Origin: Eledone cirrhosa
Taxonomy: Eukaryota
Direction: 5' to 3'
DNA length: 64,000 bases
Assembly: GCA_964016885.1 (NCBI GenBank)
Contig: OZ024742.1
Span: 132,246,001 to 132,310,000 of the forward strand
A program made the position numbers and the translations under genes. Under the pieces are notes generated by a model, which searched no databases, had not been told where the DNA came from, and saw only the letters and a list, made by a program, of their open reading frames with translations. Positions 12,790-25,258 of the stretch are shown here, in pieces; the first letter of the stretch is position 1, and every line of letters starts with the position of its first letter.

Positions 12790-13190
12790 ATGGGTTTACA
12801 GTATCAGTAGAACGTCGGGCGAAATGCTTTGTGACATATAGTTACGTTCCTTTAAGCTCTGAGCTCAAATCCCACCGAGATTAGCTTCGCATTTCCTCCT
12901 TACGGGTTAATAAATCAAAACTCAAATAACGCACTGCCATCGATTCATTCGACTTTCCCCTCCCAAAAAAATTGTTGGATTCATACCTAAATCAGAAATA
13001 ATTATTCAGTATCATATGAGGGCAAAAGGCTTTGTGAGATTTAGTTACGACCCTTTACTTTCTGAGTTAAAATCCCGCCAAGGTTAACAATGGTAATAAA
13101 TATACGTACCAGTAACGCCCTGGTATCGATTTAATGACTTTACACTGCCCTTCAAATTTCTGGCCTTGTGACAAAACTAGAAACAATTAT
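12790..13190 (+). mobile_element. Two degenerate tRNA-derived SINE copies (long form)
   Basis: ctgagctcaaatcccaccgag and ctgagttaaaatcccgccaaggttaac B-box region; ggccttgtg..agaaacaattat tail. Confidence 0.7.
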
Positions 13191-13583
13191 ATAATGCCAC
13201 ATTCATTTCAGTCGTCATGTGCTGGTTTGAACGAAATATATATATATTTGTTTACTAAGAAAAACAACAAAAACAAAAAAAACAGCCTCAACATTGACCC
13301 TGTTCAAATTGTCTGTGATTACACGGTAGAAAAGATAGACATATCATATAGTAGGAGAGCTGGCTCAAAGCAACCTAATGTAATACTGTATACTATGATA
13401 CGAGCAAATGTTTCTTGATGTCAATTTCTCTTCAGAACAATTTACATGTTTCAGATCATATATATTGTTATGACTTATTATAAAATAATATAGAGATGCA
13501 TCACGTAATAGACGTGCATATCGGTCATTTAACAAATTACAGGAGCCTGATAGTAGTGTTCGCAGTAGCAATAGTAGGAGATG

Positions 13584-13585
13584 TA

Positions 13586-13618
<33 letters not shown>

Positions 13619-13776
13619 CAGTAGCAGTAGTTGTAGTAGTAGTAGTAGTAGTAGAAGACGAAGAAGAAGAACTAGTAGTAGTAGTACTAGTAGAAGTAGT
13701 AGCAGCAGCATCAGCAAGAGTAGCAGTAGTAGTGATTGTAGTAGTAGTAGTAGTAGTAGTAATAGTAGTAGTAGTT

Positions 13777-13807
<31 letters not shown>

Positions 13808-13896
13808 CAGTAGAAGGCGAAGAAGAAGAACTAGTAGTAGTAGTACTAGTAGAAGTAGTAGCAGCAGCAGCAGCAAGAGTAGCAGTAGTAGTGATT

Positions 13897-13936
<40 letters not shown>

Positions 13937-14019
13937 AAGACGAAGAAGAAGAACTAGTAGTAGTAGTACTAGTAGAAGTAGTAGCAGCAGCAGCAGCAAG
14001 AGTAGCAGTAGTAGTGATT

Positions 14020-14068
<49 letters not shown>

Positions 14069-14154
14069 AAGAAGACGAAGAAGAAGAACTAGTAGTAGTA
14101 GTACTAGTAGAAGTAGTAGCAGCAGCAGCAGCAAGAGTAGCAGTAGTAGTGATT

Positions 14155-14188
<34 letters not shown>

Positions 14189-14268
14189 AAGACGAAGAAG
14201 AACTAGTAGTAGTAGTGCTAGTAGAAGCAGCAGTAGCAGCAACAGCAAGAGTAGCAGTAGTAGTGATT

Positions 14269-14302
<34 letters not shown>

Positions 14303-14385
14303 AAGAAGACGAAGAAGAACTAGTAGTAGTAGTGCTAGTAGAAGTAGCAGTAGCAGCAACAGCAAGAGTAGCAGTAGTAGTGATT

Positions 14386-14433
<48 letters not shown>

Positions 14434-14523
14434 ATTGTAGAAGACGAAGAAGAAGAACTAGTAGTAGTAGTACTAGTAGAAGTAGTAGCAGCAGCAGCAG
14501 CAAGAGTAGCAGTAGTAGTGATT

Positions 14524-14566
<43 letters not shown>

Positions 14567-14763
14567 AAGAAGACGAAGAAGAAGAACTAGTAGTAGTAGT
14601 ACTAGTAGAAGTAGTAGCAGCAGCAGCAGCAAGAGTAGCAGTAGTAGTGATTGTAGTAGTAGTAGTAGTAGTAGTAGTAGAAGAAGACGAAGAAGAACTA
14701 GTAGTAGTAGTGCTAGTAGAAGCAGCAGTAGCAGCAACAGCAAGAGTAGCAGTAGTAGTGATT

Positions 14764-14797
<34 letters not shown>

Positions 14798-14883
14798 AAG
14801 AAGAAGACGAAGAAGAACTAGTAGTAGTAGTGCTAGTAGAAGTAGCAGTAGCAGCAACAGCAAGAGTAGCAGTAGTAGTGATT

Positions 14884-14940
<57 letters not shown>

Positions 14941-15030
14941 ATTGTAGAAGACGAAGAAGAAGAACTAGTAGTAGTAGTACTAGTAGAAGTAGTAGCAGCA
15001 GCAGCAGCAAGAGTAGCAGTAGTAGTGATT

Positions 15031-15073
<43 letters not shown>

Positions 15074-15159
15074 AAGACGAAGAAGAAGAACTAGTAGTAG
15101 TAGTACTAGTAGAAGTAGTAGCAGCAGCAGCAACAGCAAGAGTAGCAGTAGTAGTGATT

Positions 15160-15195
<36 letters not shown>

Positions 15196-15196
15196 A
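13584..15196. repeat. Compound minisatellite, 12 units of about 115-160 bp built from GTA/GAA/GCA triplets
   Basis: Recurrent GAAGACGAAGAAGAACTA...GCAAGAGTAGCAGTAGTAGTGATT core separated by variable (GTA)n. Confidence 0.95.
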
Positions 15197-15249
15197 TAGT
15201 GGCAGAATTTGGCGAGAATTGTAAGAGTGAAGTTGAAGACAAACACAAA

Positions 15250-15432
15250 ATAATTGTTTCTACTTTTAGCACAAAGCCAGCAGTTATCTCAGTACATTAC
15301 TGGTACTTTATTTTATTGTCCCCATAAAGATGAAAGACAAAGTTAACCTCTGTGGGACTCAGAATGGAAAGGGCCGTAACTCTATTCTTCAAAGCATAGT
15401 GTCTGACCATCTACAGATACTGCCAATCCATA
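15250..15432 (-). mobile_element. tRNA-derived SINE (short form)
   Basis: Reverse complement of the family consensus seen at 48619-48808. Confidence 0.85.
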
Positions 15433-15470
15433 ATGATTACGAGATGGACTTTACCGACGACAAGGTTAAC

Positions 15471-15522
15471 GATGATGATGATGGTGATGATGATGATGAT
15501 AATGATGATGAAGATGATCATT

Positions 15523-15555
<33 letters not shown>

Positions 15556-15608
15556 GCGATAATGAAGACGATGATGATGACGTTAATGATAATGATGATG
15601 ACGATGGC

Positions 15609-15649
<41 letters not shown>

Positions 15650-15718
15650 CGATGATGATGATTATGATAATGATGCTGATAACGTCGATGATGATGATGA
15701 GAGTGATGAGGAGGAAAC

Positions 15719-15768
<50 letters not shown>

Positions 15769-15975
15769 GTGGTCATGATGATGACAGTTATGATGATATT
15801 GTTGTTGCTAGTTGTGATGATGAAGATAATGATTGGGGAGGAGGAGTTGTAAGAAGAGGTTGTTAATGATTATGATGATGATTATGAGGAGGAAGAGGTG
15901 ATGGATCGGATGAGGAGGTTAGTGCTACTGTTGATGATGATGATGATGATAACAATGATGGTGATATTAATGGTG
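15471..15975 (+). repeat. Degenerate (GAT)n microsatellite
   Basis: Directly visible. Confidence 0.95.
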
Positions 15976-16065
15976 ATGGTGGCAAACATTGAGATAATCG
16001 TGATTCTATTAATTCCGGTGCTACAATTGCATGTATTCTTCCTAATGAAATCACCGCCAACCTCT

Positions 16066-16095
16066 TCATCATCATCATCATCATCATCCTCGTCG

Positions 16096-16132
<37 letters not shown>

Positions 16133-16218
16133 TATCGTCATCATAATCATCATCATCAGCACCATCATCACCATCATTATCGCCATCGTCATCATCATCA
16201 TCATCATCATCATTATAC

Positions 16219-16265
<47 letters not shown>

Positions 16266-16282
16266 GCCATCATCAGTATCGC

Positions 16283-16342
<60 letters not shown>

Positions 16343-16565
16343 ACTCAGCATCACCATCATCATCATCATCATCATCCCCATCATCATCACCATCATCATC
16401 ATCGTCATCATCGCCATCATCATCGTCATCCTCCTCCTACTCCCCCTCCCCGTCTTCCTCCGCCTCCTCCTCCTCCTCCTCATCATCGTCATCAGCAGCA
16501 TCAACCTCATCATCATCATCATCATCATCACCACCACCACCACCACCATCACCAGCCACCACCAC

Positions 16566-16598
<33 letters not shown>

Positions 16599-16620
16599 CG
16601 TCATCCACGTCACCATCTCC
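16066..16620 (+). repeat. Degenerate (CAT)n microsatellite, inverted relative to the preceding block
   Basis: Directly visible. Confidence 0.95.
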
Positions 16621-16920
16621 TTCATCCACCTAATCAACATAACTCTCAATGACAACAGCAACAGTAAGAGTAACAATAAGGACAAGGTAACTGTTCTAAT
16701 GAATATGAAAACAGTACAGTGAAATGAGGCATACTTCATGTAAACACGTGACGTCTTCTTCACATTAATGATTATAAATAGAAAATAAAGAACTTACTGC
16801 TTTAAAAAAATCATCATAAAATATAATTAATAACAACAATGTGATTTGAAAATTGAACTTAACGATGTTACTAAAGTGAATTCCTAACATGTACCTTCAC
16901 AAAACATCGTGCATGTAATC

Positions 16921-17323
16921 TTACATTAATAATTGTTTCTACTCTTGGCACGAGGCCAGCAATTACCCCAGTGTATTACTGATACTTTATTTTATCGACC
17001 CCGTAAGGATGAAAGGCAAAGTTAATCTCGGCCGGATTTGAACTCAGAATGACAAGGGCCGTAACTCTATGCGTCAACGTATGGCGCCCGACCCTCTACC
17101 GATACTGCTAATCCACAGCCCTCTTACATTAATAATTGTTTCTACTTTTGGCGCAAGACTAGCACTTATCGCAGTGTATTACTGGTACTTTATTTTATCG
17201 ACCCCGTAAGAATGAAAGGCAAAGTTAACCTCGGCGAGATTTGAACGCAATCCGTAAAGGGACGTAACTGTGCTGCAAAGCATTGCGTCCGAACCTCTAC
17301 CGATACTGGCAATCCACCGCCCT
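16921..17323 (-). mobile_element. Two head-to-tail tRNA-derived SINEs
   Basis: Two copies of ttttatcgaccccgtaag(g/a)atgaaaggcaaagttaa; ttacattaataat duplicated at 16921 and 17124. Confidence 0.9.
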
Positions 17324-17353
17324 GTTGCAGTAATAATGACACATATATATATG

Positions 17354-17446
<93 letters not shown>

Positions 17447-17507
17447 TAAAACAAATAACGAAACGAAATTAAATTTCGTTTCGTTTGTAACTCACTTTTT
17501 TAACTTA

Positions 17508-17573
<66 letters not shown>

Positions 17574-17599
17574 TATATAGATATAGATATAGATATACC

Positions 17600-17985
17600 A
17601 AGAGACTCACTCAGATGGTGGATGGGTGCTACACGAGAATGCTGAGGAGGGCTCTGAACATTAATCAGTATACACTGAGGATGAAAAACTCAGAGATGTA
17701 TGGGAGCATCCCAAAAGTGAGCTCAAAAGTGACACAGGGGAGACTGAGGTTAGCTGGACATGCTCACCGACATCCAGAGTTGACATTGCACTCAGTGCTC
17801 CTTTGGGAGCCCCTACATGGACACACTAGAAGAGGAAGACCAAGGTTAACATATGTTGATGCCCTGAGGACAGACACTGGTCTGTTGGAGATGCAGGATA
17901 TGGCAGCGATAATGAGGGACAGAGACCGCTGGAGAGAACTCGTCCATGGATCTCGGGAATTTTACCCGCCTTAGATAGATAGATA
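17600..17985 (+). mobile_element. RTE-clade LINE 3' fragment with (TAGA)n tail
   Basis: [14 protein letters not shown]...RLRLAGH.HRH..LLWEP.HG..RRGRP..TYVD.L..D..DRDRWR*, followed by (TAGA)n. Confidence 0.85.
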
Positions 17986-18005
17986 TAGATATAGATATAT
18001 ATATA

Positions 18006-18083
<78 letters not shown>

Positions 18084-18100
18084 TATATATATAGATATAT

Positions 18101-18586
<486 letters not shown>

Positions 18587-18643
18587 GATATATATAATAT
18601 AATATATATATAAAATATATAATATATATAATATATATATGTT

Positions 18644-18743
<100 letters not shown>

Positions 18744-18752
18744 TATTTATAT

Positions 18753-21148
18753 GTAGGAGGTGAGTTTTATTGTAGTACAATAAAGCAATGCAGATATTGG
18801 GTAAGTAGCACTCAACAGTTTGTAGGACTGGAGTATAAATAATATATTATATATAGGCTTATATGCCCTTCCAAATCTGATATTGGAATAATTAGTAAAA
18901 AATGTTTAGATAGAGTCATCCCACAACTAAGAAAACATGTTAATTTACCACTCTGGGAAAACATATCCCAGGTAATTAACTGGTTTAATAATATTAGATA
19001 TAAATCCTCTGCTTCATTTCTACAATTTGATATAGATAATTATTATTCTTCTATATCACCTATACTCCTGAACAAAGCCTTGATATTTGCTAAAAATAGA
19101 TCTAACTTAACTTCGGATGACATTAATATTATTACACATGCTAGACTAACACTACTGGAATTTCAGAATGAATACTGGACCAGAAACACATAGTAATCTA
19201 TTCGATATTACTATGGGCTCAAGCGATTCTGCCCAAATTACTGATCTTGTGGGCATCTTTCTTCTTTTTAACATAAATGCTTCCTTTCCCCACCTTAAAG
19301 GTGGTTTATATCGTGACGACTGTCTTCTTCTTTCCAATAACCTTAGCCTCTCAGAGATAGAAAAAAATAAAAAGCTTATTAGAACTTTCCTTAAATACTA
19401 TTATAGTTTGGATATTACATTTGAAAACACAAGTAAATTAGTTAATTTCCTAGATATAACATTAGACTTATCTACGGGTATCTACCAACCTTACCATAAA
19501 CCCAACCAAAATTTACACTACATACACTCACAATCTAATCACCCTAAATCTATCCTTAAAAACCTTGCATATAATATATCACTTAGAATTTCTAACCTTT
19601 CGTCTAACCAAGATGTATTTGATAAAAATGCGACCTTTTATAACGAAGCTCTAGCTAGAAGTGGCCACAAAAATAGATTAGTATATATACCTTCTACCAA
19701 TAACACTACAAATATACAACCTAATATTACCAACAAACACCAAATGAAACATACACATCTAAATGCCACTCACACTATACCCCAAAACACCAACATAAAA
19801 CCAAATTTCTGTAACTCTTCTAATATACAGTATAGTAACTCTCAAAAAACTACTCATCCTACAACTCTAATAAATGTTAATAATAAAACTCCTAATAAAA
19901 AGCTAAAACACCTAAATCAATAAATCTAACTAAAAATGTGTGTGGAGAGGTCATTAACAATAATTCTCTTAATAAACATCAGGATGCATCCTATAAAAAC
20001 AATAAACAACATAGAATCCGTAATAGACGAGTTACTTGGTATAATGCTCCATTTAATTTACAAATTAAGGATTATATACCTAAAACATTCTTTAATATCC
20101 TAGTGAAAAACTTCCCGCCAAACCACAAATACCATCAAATCTTAAATAGATCAACGGTTAAATTCTCCTACTCAACAACCAAAAACATAAAACAAAATAT
20201 AAGTGCCTATAATGCATATAAATGTAAAACAACCATGAGTATACCACCAGTACATCAAACTAACCATAATATCTCCTCAGATACAGGATTCACGAAAAGT
20301 TGTAACTGTAGAAACAAGGCAAACTGCCCATTAAAAGGAAATTGCCTTGTTAATAACATAGTATATAAATGTAAAGTTAACAACTAAGGACTCTATTTAT
20401 TCATATATAGGAGCTACCTCTAACAATTTTAAGGTAAGATTTAATACCCACAAACATAGTTTTAAAAATGCCGCACTAGCTACTACAACACCTCTAGCTG
20501 AAATAATTAATAGTTATAGAAAGAGGAATATAGAATATGACCTGACCTGGAGTGTGCTCAAAAGGGCCACCCCTTATCAAAATAGTAGAAATGAATGTAG
20601 ATTATGTTCCCAAGAACTTTTCGAAATAATGAAATCTAAGGATATCCTATTAAATAAGCGACAGGAATAATATCGTGTAATCATAAACTGAGAAAAACCT
20701 TTAAATATTATAAACCTAATTAATATACACTTTAGAAATTAATATATAAATTATTTTTAATTCAGTTAACCTATAATTAATAATCTACTACTGATGAACT
20801 ACATAATTCTGCTTTAAATATTATAAACCTAATTAATATACACTTTAGAAACTAATATATAAACTATTTTTAATTCAGTTAACCTATAATTAATATTCTA
20901 CTACTGATGAACTGCATAATTTGGCTTTCCTTCTTACAAATATCATTTCCCAAAACTGATACCATTAAGTAAACATATATAATGCTTTAACTTCAGGTTA
21001 AGACTCTATGTTCCTTGAAAACTATATATATTTACTATCTCTCACTAATAAATGTAATTCCCCCCCCCCCAATAATTATATGTGTATGTGTGTGTATATA
21101 TGTGTCAATATATGTATGTGTGTATGTATGTGTGTATATATGTATGTG

Positions 21149-21180
<32 letters not shown>

Positions 21181-21322
21181 TATATGTGTATATATGTGTA
21201 TATGTATGTATATGTATGTATATATATATGTGTGTATCTGTGTGTGTGTATATATATGTACATATATGTATATATATATATGTATATATAAGTGTATATA
21301 TGTGTCTATATATATATATGTG

Positions 21323-21355
<33 letters not shown>

Positions 21356-22207
21356 TTATATAAGTGTATAAATATATATATATATATATTATTTTTATAT
21401 TCTTTTAATCTCCCCTCATCTTTAGCAGCACTTTTCAACTGCATCTAACTCTTATTTATCATATCTATATGTATTAGTATAATTTTATCAATATAAATAT
21501 ACCCTTCAATTAAATTAATTTTATATTCTTTTCATAGATGTATTTTTTTCACTAACATTCTTATCTTAAAACTTTTGTCACCTTAGATATTTGTATTGGC
21601 ATTACTATTTTATAACAGCAACTGCTTGTATACCTTTTACTGACCACCTGATCTAGTTTCACCCCTAAAATAAGCTTCAATTACTACTATTTTACCATTT
21701 GGCCAATTATTAACTTTCTATTGGTTAATTCTAAACCTCTTACCAAACAGACAGAATATATTAGATCTTTGTTGGTTTTATTCAATAAACAAATAAAATT
21801 ATTTCTGAGGTCAGCATATGACCTATTTCTTCCCTAAAATAATCCTTCATTCATAATATTCTTTTCCATCCAAAACTGAAATCTACCTTCCTATACCCAT
21901 AATTTAAGGGTCTTCTACTACTATATTACTATATTGACCCTCACTATCTCCTGATTGGTCAATTCAAAACCTGTTCCCAAACAGACCTATTGTATTGAAT
22001 CTTTGTCTTTATCAATAAACAAATATCATTATTTCTGAAGACAGCATATATATGTGTAGGTATGTATATTCCCTCTGATAGTTTGTATAAATATTGTACA
22101 TAGATCTATAGAATATGCATACCAACTGTAACACATATATATCCTAGAAACGATCGTAAAATGATGAATTTTTGTTAATATAAGGAACTGTTTCTTTGTT
22201 TATTCAT
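18753..22207 (+). mobile_element. Penelope-like element 1 (Naiad-like), 5'-truncated and frameshifted
   Basis: RLICPSKSDIG, FLQFDIDNYYSSI, FDITMGS, GLYRDD, VNFLD, YHKPN, CNCRNKANCPLKGNC, GIY-YIG (IVY..YIG), CRLC and CNH motifs. Long 3' UTR ending in an HHR. The clade is inferred from the CxCx5C and YRDD motifs. Confidence 0.88.
22026..22167 (+). ncRNA. Type I hammerhead ribozyme with very long stem II
   Basis: TCATTATTT-CTGAAGA(22035-22041)...ATATATATGTGT/ACACATATATAT and GGTATGTATATTC/GAATATGCATACC helices...GAAA(22147-22150)-CGATCG-TA-AAATGATGA. There are two mismatches at the base of stem II. Confidence 0.8.
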
Positions 22208-22208
22208 T

Positions 22209-22376
22209 ATGGACACACTAGAAGAGGAAGACCAAGGTTAACATATGTTGATGCCCTAAGGACAGACACTGGTCTGTTGGAGATGCAGGATATGGCAGCG
22301 ATAATGAGGGACAGAGACCGCTGGAGAGAACTCGTCCATGGATCTCGGGAATTTTACCCGCCTTAGATAGATAGAT

Positions 22377-22380
<4 letters not shown>
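22209..22380 (+). repeat. Near-identical duplicate of the RTE 3' end at 17817-17985
   Basis: About 165 bp with one visible substitution (ccctgagg vs ccctaagg). Confidence 0.95.
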
Positions 22381-22445
<65 letters not shown>

Positions 22446-22528
22446 ATATATATATATATTTTATATACATATACGTTATTGGTTGAGGAAAGTAGTGCTA
22501 CATATATATATATATATATATATATACA

Positions 22529-24666
22529 GTGATCCCGGACACGACTGCAGCCCAGATCGAAAAACAGACCAACTCCATTTGGTTCGATATCTGTAGGAGA
22601 AGACAACTCCCAAATAATGTTAAGCTCAACTACCCCACTAGAAATAGCAGACTGCCCACTTTCTACCACCTCATCAAGACCCACAAGAATAGTACTAAGA
22701 CCCAAATAAGACCCATCGTCTCTAGCATAGAAGGACCCCTATACAAAATTTCCTGGCTCCTCTCCCAGGTCCTCAAGCCTCTACTCTCCACCTTCCCATG
22801 GCATGTCAGTAGCTCTGACGAAGTTATACATAGACTACACCAACTCCAACCAGAACAACTTAAACTACATAGATACGCCTTTAGTCTCGACGTTGTCTCA
22901 CCTCTACACTACAGTCCCCGCTCATCCAGCTGTCGATTTATTGACGGACTGCGTGGTCGCAGAGGACATCCATTGCTACGACCTCCATCCGACGGACATA
23001 CACCAGCTTTTGTTCTTCACAGTAGACGACATGTACTTCACCTTCCACCACCACACATACAGACAGACAACAGGATTACCCATGGGATCCAGCCTATCGG
23101 GATTGCTGGCCATCACCTATATTAACCAGCTAGAAATCCGAGCCCTCAACACCTGCCATTCCCATATTTTCTTCACCCGATATGTAGATGACATACTCAT
23201 CCTTACATCATCCCGTGAGGAGGCAGATAAAATATACACTATATATTCTCCAGCATGGACGCCAGTATAAAGTTCAGCATGGAACCCACCGATGGCCGCG
23301 GATCCCTATCCCTACTGGACTTCCAACTCAGGGTAACAGAGGAAGGCAACATCCACACCTGCTTCTATAAAAAAGCCGCCAGCAGGGACCTGTTCGTACA
23401 TTTCAGATCGGCCCTCCCAGCCGGCGCTAAGTTCGGATACATAAGGAACGAACTACACGTATCCGGAACAAATGCACCAACGCTAGAGACCAAGACACAC
23501 ACACCACACATTTCCTGGAAGTACTCAAACTGAATGGATACACGACATCCACCACAAACCGTGCCAGAAAGAACAGAGGACACCACACCCGAGGCACTAA
23601 CACTTGCTTCCTGAAGCTCCCACACTTCAGCGACGAAACAACAGCCATCCGCAGAGCTATCAGACGAGAGGGACTAGATATCCAACTGGCCCACTCAGGT
23701 CCTTCTCTACGCGGACAGCTAACCAACAGCCACTCCACCAGACATGACAACTGCTGCAGGCTAGCCAACTGCCCCATCAATGACACAGACCTATGCCACC
23801 AGGCTTACGTCGTATACAGACTAGAGTGTAACAAATGCAGCAACTTCTATGTAGGTAGCACCACCAGACCACTCCAAATAAGAATAACAGAACACCTCAA
23901 TACTAATGCTTCCTCATATAAGAAACACCTAGTTAAATGCAAAAACACCGACAAAACCATAACAGTTAGGATAGAAACTAAGGAAAGAAACCTCGGCAAT
24001 CTTAGAATTAAGGAAGCACTAATTATAGACAAAATACAACCACCAATCAATAATAGACTAGAACTCAACACCCAATGTAAAACTTGATAGAGCTTCTAGC
24101 CCCATAGTTACACACACACACGCACACACACACGCACACACACACACGCTTACACCTCCACTTATTCTCTCTCACACACACACATACAAACACAAAGACC
24201 AGTTCTAACACGAGATAACATCTATCCCCCACATTTACGTATAGACATATCTTCTCACTCTCACACACACACACTCACATACTTACACCTTCATGCATTC
24301 CCCACACACTTAAACAGGCATGTACATAAAAAAAAACTCTTTTAAAGGTAGACTACTCTTTATCCACCTAACCTTAACTCTTTGACATTAGAGATAGAAC
24401 ATATACTCTATACCATTTCCTGTCAGCATGACTTGGCAAGCTATTTAGAACACTGGTTTAACCGCTTTACTTCCTCCCGAAGAAGAAATATGATCTCGAA
24501 AATTAAGGACATTTAAATAAATCTAAGGTAAAAGACTAATTGTCAACAATATCTTTTGCATTTGCATTATTTATACTATGTCCATACCTGCATTGTTTGG
24601 CTTTATTATACATATTCAAACGTTTATACCTCATTACACAATGCTTCAAGTGAACTATAACCTCCT

Positions 24667-24668
<2 letters not shown>
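22529..24668 (+). mobile_element. Penelope-like element 2 (RT + C-terminal GIY-YIG), 5'-truncated and frameshifted
   Basis: FYHLIKTHK, RPIVS, SLDV..LYT, GLPMGS, RYVDD, LLDF, Cys linker C..CP....C, VVY..C..C..YVGST.R..RI.EH, EAL.I...P.IN; stop near 24088. Flanked by (TA)n. Confidence 0.9.
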
Positions 24669-24721
<53 letters not shown>

Positions 24722-24726
<5 letters not shown>

Positions 24727-24860
24727 ACGAAGGAAATGTGGTAAGGAACCAGGTGTACCATAACGCACCAAAGTACTCAATACTTCTGGTAGTAGAGTGG
24801 GTAATAGGAACGAGTAGGACTCCGACGGCTGAGCTCAAGCCGTTTCGGGTCCTACTCGTT

Positions 24861-24865
<5 letters not shown>
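24722..24865 (-). mobile_element. Short fold-back remnant with the 3' half of a hammerhead; same family as 52160-52324
   Basis: Inverted repeat 24804-24820 / 24849-24865. Minus strand reads GAAA-CGGC..GCCG-TC-GGAGTCC. Shares tgtggta.gaaccaggtg.accataa with the copy near 52170. Confidence 0.6.
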
Positions 24866-24905
<40 letters not shown>

Positions 24906-25258
24906 TTATTTACACTTACACATACATGCACGTATGTACATAAATATTTATAAATATATATACATTCATATATTTATATATATATATATCTTTCACTCTC
25001 CCCCTTTCGCTCTCTCAATTCCATATATAAATATACAGTGAGACACAAACATACATACGAACACTAACCTACATATATGAGAAAATAAACTTGAGTAGGT
25101 TAAACATATGAACAACAAACTTATATTAAAATGTTATACAAATTTGTGATTATTTTAATAATCATAACTAGATGAATAATTATATAAATAACAGGACAAT
25201 TTGGAAAGAATACGCTAAAGGAAAAATGTTAACACATACTAAATATTGTACATAATAA

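Noticed and set aside
13584-15196. CRISPR-like repeat/spacer periodicity
   Set aside because: The spacers are just (GTA)n, the context is eukaryotic and there are no cas genes.
13365-15272. 635-aa Thr/Ser mucin-like ORF with a signal-peptide-like start, plus overlapping poly-Leu, poly-Ser and poly-Val ORFs
   Set aside because: The start is a GTG inside a SINE tail, and the open frames follow from the triplet satellite. There is no independent gene evidence.
15330-16763. Poly-Asp, poly-Met and poly-Ile ORFs
   Set aside because: Translations of (GAT)n/(CAT)n. The Asp-rich ORF starts within an antisense SINE.
20785-20965. SECIS or selenoprotein signal in the Naiad-like PLE
   Set aside because: Conserved Cys positions are TGT/TGC, the stops seen are TAA, and there is no convincing SECIS fold.
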